Of a stretch of DNA of 64,000 nucleotides, positions 50,277 through 61,255 are shown in pieces; within the stretch, counting starts at the first letter, position 1; every line of letters begins with the position of its first letter. The position numbers and the translations under genes were made by a program. This DNA is from Monocercomonoides exilis PA203 (lineage: Eukaryota > Protista > Preaxostyla), in NCBI GenBank assembly GCA_001643675.2, contig LSRY02000018.1, forward strand, positions 1 to 64,000, in the 5' to 3' direction. The notes under the pieces are model-generated. The model saw nothing but the letters and a program-made list of their open reading frames with translations. It was not told the origin of the DNA and made no database searches.

Positions 50277-50619
50277 ATGTTTAGAAACAATTTAAGAAAG
50301 CATAACTTTTTCAGGAATGTTGATTCTTCAAAAGTGATATTTTTTTGGAAAGAATTTTTCGTTCAAAAGATAATGAATGAAAATCGTTAAAAATAACAAT
50401 GTTTGAGATAATATTCATCAAACAATTGTCTATGAAGATAGAAAATACTTTTCAGTTCATATTTACAAATATTCGAAGAAAATTCTCAAACAAAATTATG
50501 AAATGAAAAAATATGGATAAAAAAATCATCATCCACATTCATTGCTGAATTTGATTTCGTAAAGAAAAGCTCAACTCTTAATTACAATAATTGTTTTTTA
50601 TAATTGACAATGTCAATAT

Positions 50620-50859
50620 GTCAAAATTTTTTTGAAAAGTTCCTTTTGTTTAATTTTCAAATAAAGAAAAAATTTCATATTTCGATCAAATTTCTGTTCC
50701 CACTCACAAAATTCCGCTGTCATGAAAACAAAATCTTGACAATGTGATATTTTATGCTCTGGTGAAAGTTGGCCTGTGGAAACAGAAAATTGATTGAAAA
50801 ATGAAATTTTTGTTTCATTTGAAAATAAAACAAAAGAAACTTTTTAAAAAAAAATTGGC
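50620..50859. mobile_element. 240-bp MITE-like element, ~85-bp imperfect TIRs, ATAT flanks
   Basis: GTCAAAATTTTTTTGAAAAGTTCCTTTTGTTT...TTTCTGTTCCCAC vs GTGGAAACAGAAA...AAACAAAAGAAACTTTTTAAAAAAAAATTGGC. Confidence 0.8.
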
Positions 50860-50863
50860 ATAT

Positions 50864-51070
50864 GGCTGATCCTTTTTGAAATTAAACTTTCGTTCGAGTT
50901 TTGATTAAAGTTTTATTCTCAATGGGATTTTGGAAAAAAATGAGTTGAAATAGTGAACACTTATTATTTATGATATTGCGAATGGAAAAATAAATTTTGA
51001 TACATATCCCATGGATATTTAAATTTTGATCAAAACTCGAACGAAAGTTTGATTTCAAAAAGGATCAGCC
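50864..51070. mobile_element. 207-bp MITE-like element, ~50-bp near-perfect TIRs, ATAT flanks
   Basis: GGCTGATCCTTTTTGAAATTAAACTTTCGTTCGAGTTTTGAT vs ATCAAAACTCGAACGAAAGTTTGATTTCAAAAAGGATCAGCC. Confidence 0.88.
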
Positions 51071-51903
51071 ATATTAACATTGTCAATTACCATAATCAAT
51101 TATTGTAATAAAGAGTTGTGCTTTCCTTTATGAAATCAATTTCTGCAATGGATGTGTCCATGATTTACAAATCTTGCATATTCGATGATCGAGAATAGCT
51201 TCCTTGTCCACAAACATTTGTTGTCCTTTTTCAGCTTCTATTTTCAATGAGTTTAATATGTTTTCACAATAGAAAAATAGAAAACTATGAAAATCATTAA
51301 TTTGGGTGATTATTTTTGACATCATAACTTTTTTACGAAATGTGAAATTTTCAAAGGTTGTTTGCCTTTGATATGAGGTTTAAAATTCGAATGTTGAATT
51401 CATTTCAACTGAATTTTAGATTAATGTTTTAGCTCTAATGAAGATGATGATGTCATTTATAAACGTTTTCATTATTCAGTGTTCTTTTGTTGATATTGAA
51501 GTGTAATTTTCGAATCGAGAATTCTGAAAAAAAAAATTTGATTATCAAAATAATCACCAATTTTGTAATTATCTTTTAAAATTTAAGAAGAAAAAATTTT
51601 TGACAAATCTTCAAAAAATAACCAGTATTAATTAAAAAATAAAAATTAATAAAACTTTCATCATTAGATACAAGAATTTCAAAATGCGGGAAAAAGTTTT
51701 TTTCAAAATTTCAGACATTATTGACAAATTCGTTTCTTTGGAAAGACAATCCATGTCAAAAAAGGACAACAGATCTATTTTTTATAGAATCATAAACTTA
51801 AAATGAAAAGAATAAATATTTTGATGTTTTTAAAAATTTATAAATATTGCGATTATTTTTCAGATCGAGACATTTTTATCAAAATAATTGAAAACATTTG
51901 TTA

Positions 51904-53155
51904 ATGGCGTTATTTGTTGCACGATTGCCTGCACACGTTACTCAGAGAGATATAGAACGTAAATTTGAAGAATTTGGAAGATTGGATCGCTGTTCTTTGA
52001 AGCGAACATATGCTTTTGTAACATATGAACGAAAGGAAGATGCTGAAGAGGCAATTCGCCAATTGAATGGTTTTTATTTTTAAAATGAATATGAAGAGAA
52101 GTTATTATTATCTTTATTTATCTTTGTCTCTTCAGATACGGACTTTGATGGAAGAAGAATTGCTGTTGAAGTGTGCTTTGTTTTTGTGAAATTTTTGATA
52201 TTTGTTCACAATGTTTTGATATAATGGCTATTTTTGTTAATTTTAAAGTGGGCCCATGTTGTTGATCATGGTGTCGCAGATGCTGAAGGGCTTTGCTACA
52301 TATGTAATGAAAAGGGACATTATGCTCGTGATTGCCCAATGAAACGACGAAGAAGTTCGAGGTATTCTAGAAGGTCAGCACGTTCTAGTTACAGATCAAG
52401 GTCACATCGTCATGGAAGGTTTGATTTCTTTATTTTTCCTTTTTGAATCGTTTCTAATTCTATCCAATAATTTCTATCAATTTCAATCCGAAAGATCTCG
52501 CTCATATTCTCCAGAAAGTTCAAGCTCTCGATCTCGATCTCGTTCACGCTCTCGCTACCATCATGGACATCGCAAAGGGCGTTATTCTCATTCAAGCAGT
52601 GATGAATCTTCATCAAGGAGCCCATCATCATTTTCTGAATCTCGCTCACCAAAAAGAGCATCGTCAAAGCACAAATCAAGCAAAAGATCGCGAAAGCACA
52701 GAAAATCTCCTTCTTCGTCTTCCTCGCCATCATCCTCGCCTTCTTCATCTTCTGAATCCCGCTCGCGTTCTCCTTCAGCTGACCGGAAAAAACGAGGATC
52801 CTCAAAGCGCAAAGAAGGAAAAGAAGGAAAAGAGACGAAGCACAAGCACAAGTCCAGCAAGCGAAAGGGAAAGTCGAGGTCGCGCTCGTCCTCACGCTCT
52901 GAATCTCGCTCCCGTTCAGAGCATTCAGCACGCTCTGATCGCTCTGATCGCTCTGATCGTTCAGAACATTCAGAGCATTCTGCACATTCGCGGTCGAACT
53001 CTCGCTCGCATTCTCGTTCGCGCTCTCGATCTCATTCTCGTTCTCGCACTCGCCCGCATTCTGCGTCTTCGTCACGCTCGCACTCGCGGTCGCCGGCTGC
53101 ATCGCGCTCAAATAGCGAAAGCGAGGCATCAGACAAACATCGGAGCGAGAATTAA
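51904..53155 (+). CDS. SR splicing factor: RRM + CCHC zinc knuckle + RS domain (SRSF7/RSZ-like)
   Basis: MALFVARLP...FEEFGRL..YAFVTYERKEDAEEAIRQLN/DTDFDGRRIAVE/WA...CYICNEKGHYARDCP, long RS tail; three introns. Confidence 0.92.
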
Positions 53156-54394
53156 TTGTGGATGAGGTGCTTTTTATTTATAATGTCTTGAATTACAAAA
53201 TTATAGAAGAGTGAGAGAGAAGGAGAGAGATAGAGAGATAGAAAGAAGGAGGTAGAGAGAAGGAGAAAATGAAAGCTGTATAAGAATAATGGAACAACTG
53301 ACGAATTGCATTCAGATCTGAGAATTGCTGGGAACATTTAATACTTTTGCTTTATTTTTCTTTGGTTTTTTTTTATCTATTTTGTCTTTTTCTTTTCTCT
53401 GCAATTATTTCAGGTCGAAGTAATTTATCTGATGCGAAGCATGGAAGCACTTTTAACCAATTCACCACACCACACGCCCTTCCAGTTCGCATAAAGTGCC
53501 CAAAGAAAACCTGAAAGCTTAAAAGAATATACAAATAAATAGAAGTTATTTTGTTCAATAAAAGATAAATGCGTTAAGTGCAGTGCAAGCGAACAATAAG
53601 AAGCTTTCTGCTGTTGCAAGAGCCTTTCTTTTCCGCTAAAAAAGAAGCACAATTGAAGTGTTATATAAGAAGTCTGAAAGATTATTAGCCAGAACGCCAA
53701 AGAAATTCAAAAAGTATTGTTCGATGCTTGCATAAGAAGTTTAAAAAAGAAAAGCAAAAGCAAAAGCAAAAGAAGCAGTGAAGTTTTATCTCTAATCGTG
53801 AAAGAGTTGAACAACAAGTTGCACCAGAAAAATTTGAAGGATTTGCTGCATGCGCAAAAAAGCTATTTTGTGATTGAATATTTTTTTATTTACGGAAATA
53901 AAAACAACTCCAAAAGAGGGAAAAGTCTGAAGTGCAGGTGTGAAGGACAATCAGTTTAATAAAAACAAAACAGTTTCTCAACATTAACAAAAGACAAAAA
54001 CACAACCGAAATGGCTTTGGTGATCTGATGCAGCGAAAGAGGATTTTATAAAACATGGAAAGTGATCATTAAACGAATTGCATGAAGAAACATGAAATTC
54101 GCAAATAAATAATTCGCTAACACATCAGAAATTAAGATTTAATGAAGAAAATAGAAAAATAAAGCTGAAAAAAAAATAATTACTTTTTTGAACTTCAGTA
54201 TCAACAAAAACGGTTTATTGTATGGTGAAAATAAAAATAAATATAATCTTCAATAAAAATGAATACTAACATTAAGTTCATTTATCTTTTGTTTCTTTGA
54301 CCAATGAAATTTCCGAAGTGGAGTTACAAACGGAACTACAGCCATCGCTAAGCTCTTTCACATTTCATTCACTTTCATTATCAACACTATCTTT

Positions 54395-57300
54395 TCATTT
54401 ATCATCATCATCATCATCATCATTGTTATCATCCTTCTCAGCAATCTCCATTGAACATTCATGTTTCTCTGCAACAGTTGCTTCATCATCTTTCCCATCC
54501 ACATTCTCATTTTTATCCTTCTCCTTCTCCTTCTTCTCCTTTTCCTTTCCTTTCTCCTTTTCCTTTCCTTTCTCCTTTTCCTTCTCCTCCTCCTCCTCTC
54601 TGCTGCTCTCCTCCTTCACATTTTCAAACACATTCGCCATCACACTCAGCATCTGCACACCCGCCCCCGTCGCCTCTCTTATCCGACCCCCCAAAAACAC
54701 CTCTTCTCCATCAGACACTTTCTTCCAGAACTCCCTGTTCGAATTGATGCACGTCGTGTTCCTCAGATCCCTCCGCACCATCGGAGACACCGCATCCGCC
54801 ACTGGACCCAGCAGAAAGTCAATGTAACCCATCTGCGAATCAGCCACCATCCTGTCAGACGCATCTGCCCTGTTCATAAACTTGCTGATTGGCATTCCCC
54901 GCGCTTTCTCTCTGTCTCCTTGGCTGAAAAACTCGCTCACAATGCCCAGTGTTGCTTGTCGTGCTAAGGGGAATGGGCGGCATTGATTGCCCATGTCAGC
55001 AAAGACAATAAGACCTTGTAGGAAGAGAAGCCGATCGCTTTCGCTGTTCGCGATGTCGAGGGTGGAGAGGAAGGGGAGCTGGTGCAGCTGATCTTCTGAA
55101 GAAGAAGAGGAAGACGATGATGACGGAGAAACTGGTGGCTGTTCACGTTTTGCCTCAGGATGTGCATTCTGCTGTTGTTCTGAAGCAGCAGAAGAAGAAG
55201 ATACCTCCTTCGCAGACTCTTTCTGCTCCTCTGTCTGCTTCACACTCTGCGGATTTGGAATAATACGAGCTCTCAGCTCCTTCAGCAGTGTGAAGTAGAG
55301 AATTCCCGCATCTGTGGCAAGTATCATCTCAGTGAAGAACCTCCGGAAGATTGCCTTGTGCTGCTCGCTGAATGACGCTGTGAAGTCGCACGATGGATAG
55401 CGTCTGAGGATAGCGAGCCCTGTGTATGCGTGGAAGTTCTCCAGCACGGAGCGGTAGTTGTAGTGGTACGAAAGCGGGTGGTTTGTCGAGTTTAAGAACG
55501 CATTGCTCACACCCGGGTGCGATAGATCGTGGCAGCACGCAGCCACAAGCGCAGTGAAGAGTTCGATAGGTGAGAAGGCAGAGAACACTCTCTCTTTGTC
55601 CAGCAGTAGCAGCCACAAAAGAAGAGCAGCCACGTCTGAAGCATGAGTGGAGGTATGATACTGCACCCTCATGTTGTACATGCCATCAGCACGAAGCAGA
55701 AATTCATGCAGTTTCTTCTTGTTCACACCCAATTTATCAACCAGCCCCACTTTGTTCAGCACCCAATAGCCACACAAGGCAGTTGCATGTCCTCCCGTGG
55801 CTACTGACATCTTAAAGGCATCAAAATCAATCGTGTCTGCCAGCCGCAGTTGCTCAACAGCCCTTTCCACATCAATGAAAGGGAAGTAAGGAACAGATGG
55901 GAGAAGACAACGGGACTCTTCTTCAGAAAGGAAAGGATATTTTTTGTGGAGAGACTCTGGAGAAGGATGCGGTACATGATCAAACAAGAAAGACAAGTCA
56001 GTTATCTGTTGGCCACTGAGTGGCTTCAGCTGGGAGATCTGGTTGATGTGAGGGAGAGGAAGTGGGAGAGGAAGAGGAGAATGAACAGGGCGGATGTGGA
56101 GGCTCATGTCAGCGTGTGGGTGAGAGTGAAGATGTGACTGAGGAAGAGTCGGCGTTTGACTGTGCATGTTTGGATTGGCAGATGAAACAGAAGACGTGCG
56201 CATCAATGAAGAAGTCGAGACAACTGATTCATCAAGCCCTTTGCCCTGTTTCTCCCCATCTCCATTCATACTGCCCCCAATTCCTGATTGCTTGTCCACA
56301 GAAACGATTTCCTCAGCATCTGCTCCTTCCAACGCCTTTGCAAGCTGCTCCGAAGACAAACGCATCACTCGCCTCTTTCTGCGCGGAAATCGCAGACTGG
56401 AGAACATGTTGGCCTGCGACAGAGGAAGCGTTCCATTGCTTCTGCTTCTGTTGTTGCTGTAACCGTTGCTGTTATTGTTGCCGTTGCTTTGACTGCTCGC
56501 ATTGCTTTCATTTGTGCCGATGCGAGTGAGTCTATGCAGTCTGCTGGTGTTTGTGCTGGCAGAAGAGAGGAGAGAGTTTGTTGAGGTCTGCCTCATCATC
56601 ATCTTCTTGATCTGTGAATGGGCATACTTTCCTATTTTATGTGCGGAAAAGATGCTGCTGTCTTGTTCTATTCGCCCTGCTTTCCTCATTTTGCGCAGAT
56701 TCTTCAGAAAGATGCTGTTGTTGAGCTTTGTGATTTCATCATGGCTTTCTTCGCTTTCGCACATTTGCCTCTCTTTCTTCATCCTCTCCAGCACATGCAA
56801 CGTATGTCTGCTGTAATCCTTTGGTGCAATTTTCATCTTCCTTTCCATTGAACTTCCCTTCCTCCGCATCAGACTCATACTTTGATACGGCTCATGTTTT
56901 TTAATCCATTTGGAATGTTTGACAAAATGTGTCCATCTCCTTCTTTGTTTTATTGCGTCTGCTGTTTTTGGATTATTAACAGCAAGTTTATTTGAATGAG
57001 CTGATGTTGTTAGCTGCTTGAACTTCGAAAGCATTCTGTTATTTTCTCTGCGAAGGATGTTTTTGGTTGTCTGTACGTGTTTGTTGAACAGGAGCTGCTC
57101 ATATTTGTTAAGCGAGTAATGAGACAAGCTGTTATTATTATTGTTATTATTAGTATTATTGTTATTAGACTTCTCTTGAATATTCTGCTTCTTCACAGAA
57201 ACAGAAGAAGATGTAGAAGAAGAAGAAGAAGATGATGATGATGAACCATCTGCGGTTTGTGTTTCACAAACATCATTCAATTGATCAGGTTGTTCTTCAA

Positions 57301-60300
57301 TGATTGCCTTGCCAGAAGCAGGAAGCGAACGTCTTTTTGTCTTCGGATGTGTTTTATTTGAAATCAGAGGAAGAAAAGTTGAAATAGAATGCCTTGCTTT
57401 CTTACGAGGCACCACAGTAACATTTCCATTGCTCGATATGAGCAAAGAAGAGGAAGAAGAAGAAGAGGAGGAGAAAGAAGAAGATTGTGGAGCGGAAGAA
57501 GAAGAATTAGAAGCATTTCGTGTTTGTTTCAGAATGTGTTGTGCAGCCTGATAAGAATCTGGATGAGCAGCAGAAGAAAAGACAGATGACGATGCAGATG
57601 AACCAAGCTCCAACTGCGGTGAAATGGCTGGGTTTGAATGAGTTGACATACAACCAGACAAAACGGAGGAGGAAGAAGAAGCAGAAGAAGAAGCAAAAGT
57701 TGAAGAAGGCTGAGAAGAAGCGTTGTGAAGAGAATGGGCAGAGGAAGAGGAGTAGGAATCGAAGACACACAGATCAGCATCAGAAGCAGAAGGAGAAGCA
57801 GAAGAAGGGATAGATGAATGAGAAGAGGAGAAAGAAGAGGAAACAAGAGAGGTGATGGAAGAAGAAGAAGCAGAAGAAGCAGCAGTAGCATTTGTTGTAT
57901 TTATCACTGTTTTATTTGCTTCTTCACTTGTCTTCATCATCGGCAGCATCATCGCATTTCCTCTTCCTCTTCCTCTTTCTCTCTCCTCCGATTTCAGCCT
58001 CAGCTGCTCCATCAGATGCAGATCAAAGGGAACAATTAGATCTCCCTTGAATGTGGTGAGCGGGGTTGTGCAGTCAGGCAGAATAAGCTCGTAATTGAAA
58101 CCAACCGAAGCCAGCTGGCTCCTCCAGAAGAACTTGTGGTCGAAGGAGGTTCGGAGAATGTGGTTTTGTTTTCCCCGATGCTGTTTTGTTTGTTCATTCG
58201 ATTTATTGTTTGGTTTATTTTTTGTTTCTTCATTGAATTTTGAGTTTGATTTATCTTCTGAATCTTCTGTGGATTTATCATTTGCTTTATCTTTTGCTTC
58301 TTCATTGCTATTTTGTTTGCATTTCTTCCATTGATGAGCATATTGAAGATAATCCCTGTGTCTGAAGGGGAAGGGGGAAGCATAGTCAAAAGCAGAGAAC
58401 ACAAGAGAAGATACACTTATCCAATTTCTATAAGATTTGTATTGAACTTCTTCACTTCTTTCATTTCTTTCCTTCTTTTCCTTCTTCTCTCGCCTTTTCA
58501 CACTGTTTTTGACCCTCAAATGATTTAAAAGATTATTTTCATTGAAAGAAAAACAAGATGAAATCGATCCAGCTGGTTTTGAGGCTGTGGAAGCAGAAAG
58601 CACTTGGAATGAATGAGAATCAGCTGAAGAGCAGCGAACGAGAGAAGAGAAAGGAGAAGCAGGGGCAGTTTGAGAAAGGGAAAGGGAAAGAGAAAGAGCT
58701 GTGGAAAGAGAAGGAGAAAGAGAAGGAGAAAAAGAAGGAGAAAGAGAAGGGGAAAGGTTATCATCAAGCAATTCACAGGAATCAGTGTGGTGAGGGGATA
58801 TGCAAGTGCTAAGGGATTCATTGGAGCAGAGGAGGGCAGAAGAAGAGGAAGGAGACAGACGAAGAGGAAGAGGATGGAATGATTTGTGTGTGTGCGTGTT
58901 GGTTGGATGGTTGTGAGGGTGAGAAGAGGAGGAGGAAGAAGAAGAGGAGGAAGAGGAAGAGGAAGAGGAAGAAGAAGAAGAAGCAATAGCAGTAGAAATA
59001 TCGTGAGATGATTCAATAGAATGCGAAGAGAGGAGAATGGAGTGAGCAGAAGGTGACAAACACGCACTGGATGAGACAGAATCAATAGCCCATTCAGAAA
59101 ATGACTCAGAAAGAGAAGAAGAAGAAGAAGAAGAAGAAGAAGAAGAAGAAGAAGAAGAATGAGTATTAGCAGCTATAGTGGCTGAGGAGTAGGTGTATGT
59201 GATGGAGCCAGCAGATATGGCGGTGCTGGCATCAGAAAGAGCATCCAATTCTTTGGATGCGACTGAATGGTGTCTTTTGGAAGAAACAATGAAATTTTCT
59301 GGTTTTGGGGAAATTTCTTCTAAATCTTCTTTTTCTTTTTCTTCCTTTTCTCTTTCTCTTTCTCTTTCTTCTTTTTCTTTTTCATTTTTCATTTCAATTT
59401 GTTTCTTCCTTTTTTGCTCAATAAGAGAATGTTTATTGAAATGTGTGTGCTTGTCACGTGGATTTAAGTGAATGCTGCCAGTTGGATGATTACTGTGTGA
59501 TCTACGAACAATCAGATGATGAAGATGAGAAGAAGAAGAAGAAGAAGAAGAAGAAGAAGAAAGAGAAGAAGAAGAAGAAGAAGAAGGTGAATGTGAAGGA
59601 GAAAGAGAACAAGAATTTGAAAGAGAAGAAGAAAGTGATTTAGAATGTGTAAGTGAATGAGAAGAAGAAGAAGAATGAGTATGAGAATGAGTCTGAATAT
59701 GATGTCTGCTTATCTTTCTATTTGAATGCCTTCTTCTTCTTCTTCTTCTATTTTTGCTATGTTTGTCATGTTTTCTATGTTTTCTATGTTTATTTTGTTC
59801 ATTTTGTTCATTTTCTCTTTGCCTCCTTCTTCTTTTTGTGTGTTGATTAAGAAGATATTCAGAATTTTCACCTTTTTCTTCTTTTTCTTTTTCTTCGTTT
59901 GAATAAGATGGATGGATATATATTGTGCTTGTTGGTTCTTTTGGCGTTTGAAACTCTTCTATTTTATCTTTCTCTTTCTCTTTCTCTTTCTCTTTCTCTT
60001 TCTCTTTCTCTTTCTCTTTTTCAATTTCTTTATCTTTTTCTTCTCCTTTCTCTATTTCTTTCCCTTCTTCTTCCTCTTCTTCCTCTTTCTCCTCTTTCCC
60101 CTCTTCTTTCCCTTTTAATCCTTCCTCTTCCATTTGTTTTCCCTTTTGTTTCATTTTCCCCTCAATCATCTCATTCATTTCATCTTCTTTCTTCATTTGA
60201 GCATCTTTCTCTTCTCCTTCTGTTATATTAACAGTTTGTGTTGAGCAATCTGTAGATGTTATATTCATAGACATTGGAGTTATTTGAGAAGAGGAAGAGG

Positions 60301-61223
60301 AAGAAGATAGAGAAAGAGAAGGAGGAGGAGAGGAAGAAGAGGAAGAAGAAGATGATGATGAAAAATCAATTTGCTTTGAAGAATTTGAAGAATTTGAAGA
60401 ATTTGAAGAAGAAGAAGAAGAAGAAGACGATGATGAAATAAGAGGAGAAGGACGAGGAAGAGAAGGATAAGGTTTTGAGAAGAAGGAAGAGGAAGGAGAA
60501 GAAAGAAGAGAGAGAGAAAAGGAAGGAGAGCCAAGAGGAGTTGGAGAAGAGGAATTTTGATGAGAAGAAGAAGAAGAAGAAGAAGAAGAGAAAGGGAAAG
60601 AGGAAGAAGAAGCTATAGGCAAAGAAGAAGAGGAAGAAGAAATTTCCATGTAAGCCAAATAATTTTCTATGCCCTCTTTCAGATAATTTGACAGAAGAGA
60701 AGTGATACCATCACCTGGAAGAGGAAATGATGAGGTAAAATTCATTTTTTCTTTGGAGTTTCGAAGAGAAAGAGAAAAAGGAGAAGAAGAGGAAGAAGAT
60801 GAAGAAGATGAAGATGAAGAAGAAGGAGAAGAGGAAGAGGAAGGAGAAGGAGAAGAAAGTGTTAATGATGAAGTGAAATCAGTTGTTGTTTCTTCTTCCT
60901 TTCCTTTTCCTTTCTCTTTCTCTTCTCTTCCATCTTCCCTTTCCCCTTCTCTTGCTTCTCCTCTTCCTCTTCTCCCTTCTTCTTCTCTTCCTCCTCCTCT
61001 CCCCTTGTTATTCCTCTCCATAATCTCGATCATCCATTTCCTCCAGCTGATCTGGCTCAAATACAACATGTTATCTTCCTTTGTGTCAACTCCAAGGGCA
61101 GATGGAAGAAGAGACCGAATAAAAACATCAGAAAGGATGGGCATGGAGAGATTGAGAGGGAGAAAACGATGGAGTGAGAAGAGATGCTTGGAAGGAGAGG
61201 GGGAAGAGGGGGAAGAGGAAGAG

Positions 61224-61255
<32 letters not shown>

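Larger units (their letters stand above)
50511..51181. mobile_element. Nested foldback array: outer palindromic element (arms 50515-50615 and 51075-51177) enclosing two MITEs
   Basis: Outer arms are reverse complements (tttcgtaaagaaaagctcaactctt..ttacaataattg..aattgacaatgtca vs taacattgtcaatt..caattattgtaa..aagagttgtgctttcctttatgaaa). ATAT at 50511, 50616, 50860, 51071, 51178. Confidence 0.8.

Noticed and set aside
53160-53420. Possible 3'-UTR intron of the SR gene (pyrimidine tract + CAG near 53413)
   Set aside because: No convincing donor; cannot be supported without transcripts.
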